A stretch of 64,000 nucleotides of DNA, taken from the NCBI RefSeq assembly GCF_009834535.1, contig NC_045707.1:59026001-59090000 (forward strand). The letters are read 5' to 3'. Under the pieces are notes generated by a model, which saw nothing but the letters and a program-made list of their open reading frames with translations, searched no databases and was not told the origin of the DNA. Below are positions 12,253 through 25,720 of this stretch, in pieces (positions within the stretch are counted from its first letter, which is position 1; each line of letters starts with the position of its first letter). The DNA comes from Camelus ferus. Its lineage: Eukaryota. A program made the position numbers and the translations under genes.

Positions 12253-12419
12253 AGTTCAAAATCCTCTGCTCCACAGTCATCTGGAGTCCTCTACTAGTCT
12301 TATTAAATGAGATTACATTACAATTGTTGGCTGTGTCTGCTTTCTTAACATGAAGTATTCTCTTACCATTAGTTTCCAGGGCTGCTGTTAGATTTGACAT
12401 GTGACTAAATGTGCGAATT

Positions 12420-12674
12420 TCCTACCATATATCCATTTCTCTCTTCTTCCTTACTATTTTGCTGAGTGTGACAGTATTTCCAATTAAAAGATAGTGCCTT
12501 GCACGTAGCACTGGCCAGGTGACGAAATTCTGGACAATGAGATGTAGGCGGGAGTCAGGGCGGTCTACTCCCTGACTTCTCTTTCTTGAAATATTAATAA
12601 ACCCCAACCTTGTTTAATCGACTATATTTAGGTTTCCTGTTACATTCAGCTCAGCTTAAACCTCAACTGATACA
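12420..12674 (+). mobile_element. MLT1J-like MaLR LTR, internally deleted
   Basis: 'ttctggacaatgagatgtaggcgggagt' and the 3' end 'aataaaccccaaccttgtttaa...aactgataca'. Confidence 0.7.
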
Positions 12675-14125
12675 GCTTCCATGGCACATCTAACCTGCCA
12701 CAAAGAATTACTCATTTAAGGAAAAAGAACTGCAGTTTGAAGAGACAGTCCTGTTTCACGGCAGATGGTGACATGAGCGTAGGCCACTGACTCTGACTCT
12801 CGGTGGCGCATCTCCTCACTAGTCAACATACCTTCCCGGAGCTTAGGAAGCACTGATTTACATTTACTTTTCAGACACCCAATACCACCTTAGACCAGAG
12901 GGGTTTTTTTCCTTTTTTTTTTTTTAAGGATACAATTAAACATACAAAGTAGCAGTAAATCTACACACTGACAGTAAAAAGAGAGAGACAAAATAGTAGG
13001 AGAGTGGCAACTGGAGTGGGAGAAGACGAGTATCAATCAGACTGACCCCGGAGTGGCACTGTGCACTGTAATGGAGTCTGTTAGCTTGTAATCATATCAG
13101 CTCATTATCCTGCATTACAAGGTATTTTAAAATGCTATTTTCTTTCTGGATAGATAGTAGCGTTTTCACGCAGTTCCCTGCAGCAGTCACAGATGGGCAG
13201 GTGCATTATTCTGCATGCTCAGATTTCTAACCATAAGGAAGAACACTGAGAATAACACACACAAACTGGTCATTAGGCTTATGTGTCCTTCCCACATATA
13301 TTGGAGATTTTCTTCACTCCAAGTCTTGGTTTGTTTTTTGGTATTTCATTGTGAACTAGCATTCTTGTGATGTCTCATATACATCTTACTGGCCCTCAAG
13401 TGAAGAATTAGTCTTTGACTATTAAACCTTTTAACGTTAATTAGTACTGATACTAATTAACAAAGTCACAGTTACATATTTTGTTATCTGGAAGAATAAT
13501 GTTTGTGGAAAAAAATAATTGTTACTGCTGACTCTTTGAAACTCAACTTAATTATTTCATACTTAAGAATGTAAATATTTAGAAACCCCACACCCCTGTC
13601 AAATTTGGTTTCTAATAGGGAAAATAAGCAACTAAAATCATACATACCACTACTTCCAATTCATACTTATGAAAGTGAGTGCTTTGGTAAAATATTTCAA
13701 TTTTAAAGATAACACAAATCAGAAATTTTAAGTGAAAAAAGAATGAATTACATCCTAATAAAGACATGTATTATTTTAAATTGTATCTCTAAAAATCATA
13801 TCCTATATAATGATCAATGTTTCCTACAACAAAATATTTGATTGGACAGTGTAAGTATCATGGAGAAGACTGATGAATCAGAACTAGGATTTACTAAGAT
13901 ACAGGGTAGACGGTGGTCTCCTGAAGTCATTTGAGCACCTCACCTGCGTGCGCAAAGACTCTCTCACGTGCCCGTATGATGCCACCTTATTTGAAATGTC
14001 ACTGTTTGCTGAAGGGCATCACATAGCTCACTGAATCAACAGGAAGAATGGAAAAATTCTTCAGGAGGAACAGAAGGAGTTAAGGTTCATCAAAGATTCA
14101 GCCACGGAAGTGTATCCTCAGGACA

Positions 14126-14525
14126 TGTGCAGATTACATCACGCTCACAACTCCCCATTCCCTGTAACAGCATTACACATGCACACCCTCGCCGTGGCCT
14201 CCTGGCAGAGGAGGTGTACTTCCTAGCCTCCTGACTTTGAGCTTGGTGGTATGACCTGCTGTGCCCAATGGGATGTGAGGGGACATGATGAGACAGCAAA
14301 GGCCTGAAACATGCCTGGAATGTGTGTGCACCAAGTATACTGCTGTCTCAGAAAATGTGAGCCATATGGAGAAATCCTAAACACTAGGAGTGGCCTGGAG
14401 CCAAGTCCAGCCATGCGCAGTCTAGATCAGCTGAGCACCAGTTAACACGCCATGCCTGAATGAGAAACAAATGCATTTGCTGTATGCCACTGAGATTTGC
14501 TGCGCAGTAGAAGCTGAGAGACACA
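14126..14525 (+). mobile_element. MLT1H-like MaLR solo LTR
   Basis: 'gactttgagcttggtggtatgacctgctgtgcccaatgggatgtgag' and 'tgtatgccactgagattt...gctgagagacaca'. Confidence 0.75.
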
Positions 14526-15399
14526 GGAAAACAATGGCCTCACCACTTCTGGTCACTGATAGCCACAGATGTTGTTAACAAATAGCAATGAATATCCTTG
14601 GGCTTTCCTGATTTCCCCCTGAAGTGTTAAATTCCCAGATGAAAACAAGTAATTAGGTGTCAAAAGGTAATTTTGCGCCTTCTGCTTTCCCAGTAGGAGG
14701 TGAAGTCACTTCCTAAATATTTAAGGGTTATGCCAAAACAGGAAGGGCATCCCAACCCCGGAGAGCTAAAACAGCAAATACACACTGCAGTTACTCCAGT
14801 GAAAGATGGAGGCACAGAAAAGAATCTCAATTTAGGGAAATAAAGGCTAATAGTGTAGCACTTTCAAAAGATCTTCCTAATAATTATTACACCAAAATAA
14901 TGACTCAATGTTTATTTTTAAAATGTGGAAAACAAAAGAAAATTTGCCACCTTTTCTTCAGGTCTTCTCTGAGCCTTTTAAACACACTCACACACATATA
15001 CAAATTTGGGGGCCTTCCTCAATGAAAGAAGGCACAGTGTGTAGCATTCCCCAAGTCTGACTAGTGACCTGTTTTTTTTTTTTTTTTTTTTTTGACATCT
15101 CATACGTGATCTGTTTTGTCTGTCCCCTATAAGACAAGTTGAGAAATACTGTTAGAGGGAAGTACTTTTGGAGTACAAGGAATCAGTAACTAATCATGCC
15201 TGTCAGGAGTTACATGTAGAGAGGGGTGCTTATGAGCAGAGTCTAGAATAATGTGTTGCACTTTTCCAGGGACACTTTTGCAAGAAGAGCATTGCGAGTA
15301 CAGGAAAGACAATCTAATATGAAAGATAGATATATGTAAGTACTTGGGAATTTCAGTAAGTGATGCCCAACAAGGACGATGATGGTTATAGCAAAAGCA

Positions 15400-15560
15400 A
15401 CAGAGTCAGCATGGCCTGGTGCTCAAGAATCTGAGCTCTGGTCTCCAGCATGCCAGAGCAACTGGCTCCATGAACCTGGACAAAGTAAATTACTTCTCTC
15501 TGCCCCAGCTTCTTCAGTTATGAGGTGCTAAGCTTGGTGGCACACTGCAAGGATGTTAAA
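15400..15560 (+). mobile_element. MIR SINE fragment
   Basis: Core-like 'tgaacctggacaaagtaaattacttctctctgccccagcttcttca'. Confidence 0.6.
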
Positions 15561-15687
15561 TAATTCAAATAGGCTTTAGTGAAGCATGGGAGGTGGGGAA
15601 GGGTCAGTAAGGTAAGAATATGGAGCTAAACTAGGAGCCAGCTTAAAAATACATATACACTAAAAACAAAACCCAACCACCCTCCAA

Positions 15688-15943
15688 ATAATACAGTTGA
15701 TAAGTATTGAATATATGCTTTCAGTCAGGTACTTTTTATACTATTTATATATATAAACTCATTTATCTTCAAAATAATCACAGAGATAATTACTAAACTT
15801 TGCTTCAAGACAAACAAGGAAACTGGAGTACAGAAAGATTAAGTAATTTACCCAAAGTTATACAATTAGTAAACTGCAGAACAGAACTGAATTTGGAACT
15901 CTGCACATCTCGCTCTAGAGTCCATGGTCTTAACCACCATGCT
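15688..15943 (-). mobile_element. MIR SINE, near full length
   Basis: 'aggaaactggagtacagaaagattaagtaatttacccaaagttatacaattagtaa...ctctagagtccatggtcttaaccaccatgct'. Confidence 0.8.
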
Positions 15944-16495
15944 GGTGGCTTTTAAAGTAATTTTTTTTCACCTCAATCCACAAGAAATGTGTTTCATAAT
16001 ACTGCCCTGTGCCATAATTTGCACCCCTTTCTAAGGAATTTAGAATTTATTCTACAAAAAAAAAGAGAGCAAGTGAAGGTCTTTAAATAAAGGACTAACC
16101 GAATCAGATTACACGCTTTAAAAAATATTCTCAACAGTGTGGAGGTTAAACTGGAGAGAACTGGCATGGGAAGGAAGAAGTCTACTAAAGGGATTTTTGT
16201 GATACTGAAAAAGAAAATAATACATGGAGCGCAGAAGATGGTAAACATAATCAGAAGACATGACCGAGTGCCTGATAAAATTGAGAAGGTGAAACAGAGG
16301 AGGAGATGGAGGGCAACTCCCATGCCTCCATTCTCATGATGCAAGAAGATAAATGTAAAGATGAACAGTTGTGCTTTCTTTCTGTCATCAGTTAACTTTG
16401 TATCACCTTCTCTAAGCAACAAGGTTATCCCATCTTTGTTCTACTTGATCTGTAACTCAATTACTGACTCATCTATTCATTCATTCAATAGTTAT

Positions 16496-16602
16496 GAATA
16501 TAAGTATATTCCTATATAAATGAAGTATCATGCTGTACCCCAGAAATTGACACAAACATTGTAAACTGACTATACTTCAATACAAATACATAAAATAAAA
16601 AA
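16496..16602 (+). mobile_element. Very short lineage-specific L1 tail inserted into an L2 3' end
   Basis: 'tgctgtaccccagaaattgacacaaacattgtaaactgactatacttcaat'; exact TSD aatagttat at 16487-16495 and 16603-16611. Confidence 0.9.
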
Positions 16603-16914
16603 AATAGTTATTAGTACCTCCTATGGGCAGGTAATGGTCCAGCTGCTTGATGGAAGCAAATTAAGAAGGGAAGTGGAACAGGGGATGTGATGTTGGGGAT
16701 GGGAGCTCAGAAACGTAAATCCAGTGGAGAGGGAAGCCTTGTCAGGAAAGTGAGACTTAAACCTGTAACATGTGAGGTTGTGGGCTTTGTCTTTTCTTGA
16801 GAATTTTTTTCTCAGTTCCACCATCTTTGCTTTTTCAATTTTTCTGATTTAACTGATGTTAACTTTTATATTTGTCTTCTTTGGGTGACTCTTCCTCTTC
16901 TTGACCAAAAGCAC

Positions 16915-17150
16915 TGAATATATTAAATACCTATTATTAACCAGGCATTGAAATAATCACTTTGTTTATATTATATAATTTAACCATCAAAAAACTTCTG
17001 AGATAGGTCATTTTATTATTCCCATTTACAGATGAGGAAACAGTTACTTAAACCACTTATATAACTTGCTCAATGTCACAGAGCCGGTGCGAGAGAAAAA
17101 CTTTAAATTCAAACTACAAAGGCCTAACCACTGCAGGTCTTAACTATTAT
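16915..17150 (-). mobile_element. MIR SINE
   Basis: 'tattcccatttacagatgaggaaacag...aacttgctcaatgtcacagag'. Confidence 0.75.
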
Positions 17151-17175
17151 TCTACATATAATAACTTGTTTGTAT

Positions 17176-17520
17176 AGGCATATCTCAGTTTTATTGTGCT
17201 GCTCAGATATGGTGATTTGTACAAATTGAGGGTCTGTGGTAACCCTGTGTCAAGCAAGTCTATTGATGCCATTTTTCCAACAACATTTGCTCACTTGCCT
17301 GTGAGTCACATTTTGGTAATTCTTGCAAGATTTTAAAATGTTCATTTTTATATTATGGTGATCTGTGATCAGCAATCTTTGATGTGCTTATCCTAACTGG
17401 GGTGAATGGCACCCCTATAAGATGATGAACTTAATCAATAAATGTTGCATGTGTTCTGATTGCAGCACTGATCCCATCTCCTTCTCCTTGGGGCTCCCTG
17501 TTCCCTGAGACACAATGATG
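17176..17520 (+). mobile_element. Tigger1 (TcMar-Tigger) left-end fragment
   Basis: 'aggcatatctcagttttattgtgc...tacaaattgagggtctgtggtaaccctgtgtcaagcaagtctatt...tggtgatctgtgatcag...ccctgagacacaa' is colinear with the recalled Tigger1 5' end. Confidence 0.88.
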
Positions 17521-18565
17521 TAACCCTTTCCCCATCAGGGACCCAATACCATACAGGTGAGCAAGTATGGGCCACTATTTAGTGACCCTGGTTTAGACCA
17601 CAGTGAGCATGAAAATAGATCAGATAGAAGCTTGATGGAAAGAGATGTCTATGATCCTGCGTTATGTGTAAGCTGCTAGAATATAGCTTACAGATGCAAC
17701 AGCCTAATTTTAACTTTGAAACTTAATCAAAGAACAAGAGAGTTTTAGCAGGCAACAGCTGTTCTGGAACTATGTCTCAGGTGTTCGCAATCATTCACAG
17801 CATTTTAGAAGACTACTGTCTGAAAGAACGTGATTAAAGGTGCTGGAGAGAACGGTCACCACTCTGTAAACCAAGTAACACAAGCAAATTAATGTAAAAA
17901 AGCACAAAGATAAGAGAGTGCACTTTTTAAAAAGATGAAGCCTTCAGTGCTGGCAAAGGCATCTTCAACTACTCAGACATGACCACCTTTACATTTCAGT
18001 AATCAACAGTAACATTTGAACAAATGTGCAGAATGCGGAATACATTGAGTATTGAAACCCATAAATGTTCGTCAGTATGCGGTGCAATGCAAATTTTTAA
18101 CAACTTTCTGTTTTATACTTTCAGTGATTCTATCTGGTGATAAAATGATCATTTCATCTGTTTTCCCACTTGAATTCAGTGTAGGACTTGACTCCATGGT
18201 TTCCACTGTCTTCTGCAAATTTAAGGTATAAACAAATAAATCAAGATGTATCAGATATGCTCCTCTTAGCAGAAAAGTAGTTTTTGAATGTCACTGGACC
18301 ATGGCTCCTTTATTAATCATTAGATGATTATATAAGAAATTGGTAAGGTTTTCCTTCAAAGAAATATAAAAGGTAAGAAAAGTTCAGAAATCACCTCTGA
18401 TTTCTGGATGAAAAGAAGTATGGGTATGTGTGTAGGAGGGCAGACTAGCCATCTTTGAAGGCAGATGTATTTACTGCTAAACACTTGGCACGGGATGACG
18501 TATGATCTTCCACGCTTGTTAACATCTCATGGGATGCTTCTGCTACCTTAGAGCATGCACTGGGC

Positions 18566-18599
18566 CAAACTGCACAGTGTGTCAAACTGCACAGTGTTT
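18566..18599. repeat. 17-bp tandem duplication (caaactgcacagtgtgt / caaactgcacagtgttt)
   Basis: Read directly; one mismatch. Confidence 0.9.
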
Positions 18600-19879
18600 C
18601 TGTAACGTTTAAGATCTCTACAACATAGATATCATGTCTCAGTTATGTAGCAAAAATAAAACTCTCAGGGCAGTTTTATCATGTTAAGAATTAAAGAAGA
18701 AGTGAGTCATTATTTATAAGTCTAATCTGTACAAAGATGAATTCAAACTTTATTTTGAACTGTTTGCATTTCTTGAGGAAAGAGTTGTGTGAAAAAAACG
18801 TTGTGTATTCGTGTGTATGTAATTAATTTTTCCCAGTTTCATATATAGATATTCAATTTAAAATGTTACCTTACATAAATATGCACAGGCTGCATTTACT
18901 TTATGACAGGAAAGAAGTATAGAATGGAATATATTATTAAAAATGACATCGCAAAATTTTAAAGAAATTTAAAAGAAAAAAGGGACAAAATACAGAAATT
19001 CCACCTACCTATCCCAGCCTATCTCTTAGAAAGGCATCTAGTAATACCAGGAAATATGCAAAACATAAATGAGATTTATTTTTGAGAAAAACTCTCCAAT
19101 AATGAGGAAACTAGAGGTATTAACCAGAGAGCTTTACTTGTGATGCATGGGTCAGGACACATGTGCATAATATGCATTGAATATTTACAACGATCCATTT
19201 TGAAGTCGTAAAGCTGCACCACTGGCTATAAGCAATTGAGACTCACCGCTGGATTATTTTACAGCTGAAATGTTATGTATATAATATGTACACAATCAAC
19301 TAGAAATACAGCCTTACCAAAGTCTGTAACTATAAATTCCAAAGGGCAGTGACCATAAGGTTTTAATGTTTTGTTCACCACTCTCTCTCAGCATAGTAAA
19401 CTCTTCACAAACACAACAATCTGACTTACAAAATCAGAAGGCATTTTGCATACATGTATTTTAATTGCTTACTTTAATTGCTTATTTGCATTTTTTTTTT
19501 TTGCATTATACTTCTAGAATCTTAAGCCTGAGGTTTGTATCTTATCTACAAGGGGATGCCCAGTACTTAGTAAGTGCACCTCACACAATGTAAATCCTCA
19601 AAAACATTTGTTGAAGAAGATACCAGGAGTCACTAGTGCTCAAGGCCACAGCTAGACGTAGATGCCACAGTGAGCTGAGAGTTGTCCCTGGGGGTTTGTG
19701 ACCCAGATTAAAGACTTGACTCCATTCTAGGCAGCAGCTTTCTTAGTTCATTTTTTTTTTTTTGATGGAGTGAATTATTTTTATTAAATTATTGTATTTA
19801 TTATTAAATCATTTCCATTAAATTATTTTATTTATTATTCAGATGCAATGTCCCCTACTTTGTGAAATTTTAGCCCCCT

Positions 19880-20120
19880 TCTCCCTCTGTCTTCCACACG
19901 AGGAATGTATTCCCTCCCTCACGCCTGTGTCCCTATGACACTTGAATTATTCCACTAGTGCACATTTATCAGACTTTACTGTGGTTGTTTGTTCATGTGA
20001 TTCTATTTTACACTGATCTGTTACTGCTTTGAGGATTTTACTTTATCTTTTTTTTTAAATCTCCAGTCTTAACACAGGCTTCCACACATGTGTTGGTCTC
20101 CATAAATGCTTGTTCAATTT
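19880..20120 (+). mobile_element. L2 3'-end fragment
   Basis: Ends 'aacacaggcttccacacatgtgttggtctccataaatgcttgtt'. Confidence 0.55.
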
Positions 20121-22613
20121 AATTACCAAAGTGCCAAAGACCCCTGGTTTGGGAAGAAGTGTGTTTTATAATCTTTTGACTGTTCGATGGTATGATTGTG
20201 GATCCCCAGCTTTGAGTTTTACAAAGGATATGGCCTTTAGGAAGCATGTGGTTCTTAGCAGATGGAAATTCCCAGAGTATCACAGAGGACCAGAGGGCAT
20301 TTCTTGAAAAGTGCCTGCCATTTGTAAAGCACCCGCCTAAGGAGCCAGAGAGTCACCATGTGCTCCCAGCTCCCTTCTGAGCATCTTCTTTTGCACAGTC
20401 ATCTCTTAACCAGAGAACACCTGAGTGAACCTAGAATTGGCATCTGCTACAAATGAATCTGGTGAGATACTGGCCAGAAACCCATGATCTTAGCACACCT
20501 TAGCGTTTTCACCAGTTTTTTCAAAGACACATTTCTGTGTTTCCCAACATGGTTTTGGGGACATTTGTTCCAGAGGATGTTAATAGTTGTCACTTACAGA
20601 AAGCATTTCATGATTAAATGAATTTGAAGAATGAAGGCTAAATTAAAACAAAGCAAAGCCAAACAAAACAAAAAAATGCAGGATTCCTGAATTAGCATTT
20701 TTCAAAGCCTCTAGTATGCAAATAAACACTAAATTTTCAGAGGAAATAATATATCATATTTTCTAAAAACTATTCAATTATAAAACTGTAATATTTTTAA
20801 CTTTTGTGATATAACTGTAGGAATGCACTTTATGAAATGTGACTCAGTACCACTGAATTTCCCCTCGGTATCCTCATCAAATGTTTCTCTTTTATGTACA
20901 CACAACTCTTCCTGCATGATTCAGATATGGCAAGAAGCTCAGGAACATTTCCTCAGCTGGTGCTAATGGCATTCCAAGACATGCCACACAAACACCCTTC
21001 CTTAAATTAAGTTTTAAGTAAATATGTCAGCTCAAAAGTAATTGCCACATGTACAAATAAAAATGTTACACTAATGTACAATTTCCAAACTGATCAGACT
21101 TTCAAATAATATTATATGTTATTATAGTGATGGTAGGTTTTCCTTTTATTTCTTTGTGCATTTTAGAATCAATTTGTGCAATCCTTAAGCATTTACTCTA
21201 ACCACAGTTAAAGTAGAAATTTAGAAACATGATGGGCAAATTAGCAAATGCATAACAACAAAGATGTGAACGTGCTTGTGCTAATGCATGAAAAATAATT
21301 TTGGCAATATCTCAGCTCTCGAACTTCTCAACATACAGGAAAAGTTAATGAGAGCAATTTCAGAATCTTGCTCTGTGAACAAGGAGACATTACACTTACT
21401 ATCCAAGCGCCTATGAATCCACTTACATTTTACCACATGCGGTTCTTATGTATGGCCTTTACTTGGCAAGAATTCAGTATTCTTACAGTTCTGGGATTGT
21501 TTAATATCACTGTGCTGTAGTCCAGAATTAACAGCATACTAATGCTAAAAAAAAAGGCTTATAAAACTAGGTGGAAGAAAAGAACATGACTGATTGCCAG
21601 ACATTTATTTAGCAATACATATTTTTTAGCAAAAATTTAATATTTTATTAAGCAAAACTGAAAAGACTGAGCCAAAACCTATACCTTAGATATTGCACAG
21701 ATACATGCTTGAATGTGGTAAGGTCAATGAAATTTATTGAAAATGTCAAATGAGTGCATTTGCTAACTTATTAGCAAGACACTGGTTGTCTCTTTAAGGT
21801 GTATCCATCCTCTTTAGTTGCTTAAGGTTATGTTATAAAGGAATAAAAATATTATATTTTTAGAACTTGTCATAAATTAGTAATTTAATGTGTCAGTTCG
21901 GGATGCACAAAAATGACAGTAATAATTCAAACTGCAAATTAACAGAACAAACCTTGAAATTGATATGTTAGTTTGTAATAGTGTATATTATGTTATTTCC
22001 TCAGGCTTGCAAAAACCTACAGTGTATTACATTTTAGATTCTTTTTTTTCAGTTCCAAAATACTGGCCTCTGATTTGTTTTTGTTTTTTTTTTAAAGAAA
22101 TTTGCTTATAAAATTTGGTCGTTGGCATCCGTATTGATGAGTATGAAATATCTCCACTATCAACGAGCAGGAGGCAGAGCTGCTCACGGCCACAGCTGGA
22201 ATGGATCTGCTACCGTAAAAATGGGAAGTAGCAGCTGCAGGGAGCATAAATTGTGCAATTGATTTGATTTTGCAAAGCAAACACATTCCTTGTGTTATGA
22301 TTTAGCTTGCTAATTAGGCCTTCCATAATCAAAAGGACTTTGGAAGAAAATAATCCTGTATTAAGCTCAACTTCCATACCTTCTCAGATCTCCTTATAAC
22401 ATTTTCCACATTTTCATGACCAGTATATCTCAGATTGAATGTCTTGAACAACAAGAGGATGATAATGTCCCTTTTGTGAATGTGTCTGGTGTCAGACTCC
22501 TATTACAAGTGAATAAACAGGTAGGGCACACAGAAGCATATCAATCAATACATGGCACCTGGGTCTTGAGAACTATGCAAACAAAAAGCATTGTATTTCC
22601 TCTGATTTTGTGT

Positions 22614-22813
22614 CAGGTGTCAGCACACTTTTTCCGTAATGGGCCATAGCAGATACCTTAGGCTTTGTGAGCCACATGCCCCATAATGCAACTACTCAAT
22701 GTTTCCTTTTAGGGAAAGCAACTGTGGATAGTATGTAAACAAATGGGCATGGCTATGTTCCAATAAAACTTTATTTACAAAAACAGGTAATGGGTCAGAT
22801 TTGCCAACCTTTG
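22614..22813. mobile_element. MER58A hAT-Charlie MITE
   Basis: TIR-like ends caggtgtcagcacac ... tttgccaacctttg; diagnostic 'ggctatgttccaataaaactttatttacaaaaacagg'. Confidence 0.9.
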
Positions 22814-23209
22814 GTCTATTTAATTCTCAGAAAGGAAAATTAGTAATAACCTATGTGGCATTAGTAAATATGACAACACACTGTCAAACCAATACATGAC
22901 ACTGCAGTCGATTGCGGTTGATAATTGCAATTACAATTATCATATGTAACTCCTATCTGATCTATGTTATGTATAGAGGGAATCTGTGTATGTGGTATGC
23001 AGGTATGCATATATGTCTGCAAATGCATATGTATATGTAGACAGACAGAAGTATATATACAGAACCCATCTTATAAAGGATGTGTGGAGTAAGAGGAGAA
23101 AATGGAAAATGATTATGGGACAAGTTGCACCTTGCCTAATGATGTAATAAGAACAACTATATTAGCAAATTCATGAATTGTGTTTGTTTATAATTTATAT
23201 GTAGGTGTT

Positions 23210-23900
23210 TAATCAATCAATATATGTGCTGAGTATGATGTGCTGACAACTCTTCTGGTATTAATAGAAATAAAAGAAGTAAATCATTCTTGCCTTTCAA
23301 AAGCTCACATTAAAGTTGACATACATGCCCAGATTCTCATAATTAAAAATCATAACATAAACAAACTCATATGTATAATACATGTGTATATGAATAGCTC
23401 ACATTAATAGTCCAGGCAACAAAAAATGTCATTGAAATTGGGGAAAAAAACAGAATTGTGAGTTGTGTGATGGAAATAAAAGGCCCTTAAAAGAAAGGCC
23501 TTTAAGCTTTGACATAGGCTTTGAAATAAGAGTAACTTGGATTAGATTATATTAGAAGGAGGGGATATTATTTTAGGTGGTAGACAACACTAAAACACAG
23601 AGAACGGGCAGGAAATTTCAAGCTGGGCTAATGTGGGAAGGTAAGATTTTTAAAAAGTAGATTGGAGTGCAATTGAGAAAAAAAGCCTTGACTATCTGAT
23701 TAAGTCTTACTTTATTCTGTACCCAGTGTGGAACCAGTTATTGTTCAGAGAAGCAACTAGATGAAACGGCTCTCCAAGGCGATCATTCTAGCAGGGGTTG
23801 TAAAATGATGGGCCCAGAAAGTGGCAGAGGACAGTTGAGACTGACTGGGGAGGTGGTCCCAAAACGAGTTGAGAGTGACTGAAACAGTGTGGTGGCAAAG
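23210..23900 (-). mobile_element. Degraded L2
   Basis: 'aatcaatcaatatatgtgctgagta...ttgcctttcaaaagctcaca' followed by purine-rich L2 antisense sequence. Confidence 0.55.
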
Positions 23901-24185
23901 CTGGTGGACCCCAAAATAGGTGATGCTGAGCTAGTCTAAAGGAACCAGCACAATGACACATGGTATCTCACCTGCTTGATGCAGATGTACCATCATGAGC
24001 CAAAGAATGTGCTAAGCAGTGTCAATTTTCTCACATGCACATGTTTAACACCTTGTGAAAAAATACAGAATTCGCTAAATGAAAGGGACTTTGATGTGAT
24101 ATGTGTAGCATAACAGACCAACAGGAAAAACAGTCCCAACAATTACAAAGACAATTTACAATCAAATTAAAGAAATGCTAACAAC

Positions 24186-24999
24186 TTCTTTATCTAGTCA
24201 TCTGTCGATGGACATTTTGGTTGTCTCCATGTCTTGGCTATTGTAAACAGTGCTGCTATGAACAATGGGGTGCCCGTATCCTTTCAAATTTAAATTCCCT
24301 CTGGATATATGCCTGGGAGTCAGACTGCTGGATCATATGGTAAATCTATTTTTAGTTTTTTGCGGAACCTCCATACTGTTTTCCGTAACGGCTGTACCAA
24401 ACTACATTCCCATCAGCACTGTAGGAGGGTTCCCTTTTCTCCACATCCTCTCCAGCATTTATCACTTGTGGACTTTTGAATGATGGCCATTCTGACCTGG
24501 TGTGAGGTGATACCTCACTGTAGTTTGGGTTTGCATTACTCTGATAATTAGTGATACTGAGCATTTTTTTTAATGTGCGTATTGGCCATTTGTATGTCTT
24601 TATTGGAGAATTGCTTGTTTAGGCCTTCTGCTCATTTTTGGATTGGGTTGTTTGGTTTTTTCTTATTAAGTTGTATGAGCTGTTTATATATTCTGGAAAT
24701 TAAGCCCTTGTCAGTCTCATCTTTTGCAAATATTTTCTACCATTCCATAGGTTGTCTTTTTGTTTTGCTGTGCAAAAGCTTATAAGTTTAATTAGGTCCC
24801 ATTTATTTTTGCTTTTATTTCTATTGCCTGGTTAGACTGCCCTAGGAGAACATTGTTAAGATTTATGTCAGATAATATTTGAAAAAGAATATGAAAACAA
24901 ATATATGTATGTATATGTATGACTGAACTCTTATGCTGCACACCAGAAATTGACACAACATTGTAAAGTATGAGTCAATAAACAAAAAAATTTAAAAAA
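24186..24999 (+). mobile_element. 5'-inverted L1: antisense ORF2 segment 24186-24880 plus sense 3' tail 24881-24999
   Basis: The minus strand of 24186-24880 carries the ORF2 region from about WDLIKL..FCTAK to CPSTDD. The orientation switches abruptly to 'gaaaaagaatatg...caccagaaattgacacaacattgtaaa' and an A tail. Confidence 0.85.
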
Positions 25000-25019
25000 C
25001 TACATAAAGTTACTGATGT

Positions 25020-25720
25020 TCTGCTTTTCCACGGTCTTTGGATGTATATTCTTTGAGAATGGGGACTTTGCTTTACTTGCTGTATATCTCTTGTATATCT
25101 GGTGCCTAGAATAGAACTTAACCCTGAGAAAGCATTCAATATATATTAACTGAACGGAAAAAACATGAGTGAATAAATTGAAGAATAACTGCATGTGAGT
25201 AGAACTGACCATTTCCCATCACCACTGACACCAGTAGCTTCGGTCCTAATCATGTCTTAAGTAGTTTAATGCAAATATCTCCTATTTATCTTGAGTTTCT
25301 AACCTCCCATTTCAAACAGCTCCTACACGTTAAAGAGAGATGTATCTTACTAAAACACTACTTCGATCAACTCAGTTCACATAATTGAATGTCTTCTCCT
25401 CCACTGTGAGATAAAACTGAAATTCCCCATCCAGGCATTCAGAGCTCTCAAGAATCTCACTCCACTTTAGCTATTCAACATCATTTCCTAAGACTTCAAA
25501 ATACTTTTCTCAGTCAGGCTCCTTTCTTGAAAGTTGCCTGCAAACTCTAGGGTCATTCTTGCCTTCGTGCTTTTAAGTGGACTGTTCTTAATGTTCAGAA
25601 GACATTTTCCATTCAAACCCACTCATCAAAATCCTGCAAAGCATTCACAGATGATCTCAGATAACTTACCCTCCATGAAATCTTTCCTTATCTATTACAC
25701 ATTTTGTCTTCATCCTTGAG
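25020..25720 (+). mobile_element. L2 fragments
   Basis: 'ctttgagaatggggactttg...gtgcctagaatag...cattcaatatatattaactgaa' and 'ccaggcattcagagctctc'. Confidence 0.55.

Noticed and set aside
15994..16422. 142-aa hydrophobic ORF
   Set aside because: It overlaps degraded L2-like sequence. The hydrophobicity reflects T-richness, and there is no recognisable domain.
17657..17703. Hairpin tgtaagct...agcttaca as a pre-miRNA
   Set aside because: Only an 8-9 bp core stem and ~46 nt in total; too short and matches no miRNA I recognise.
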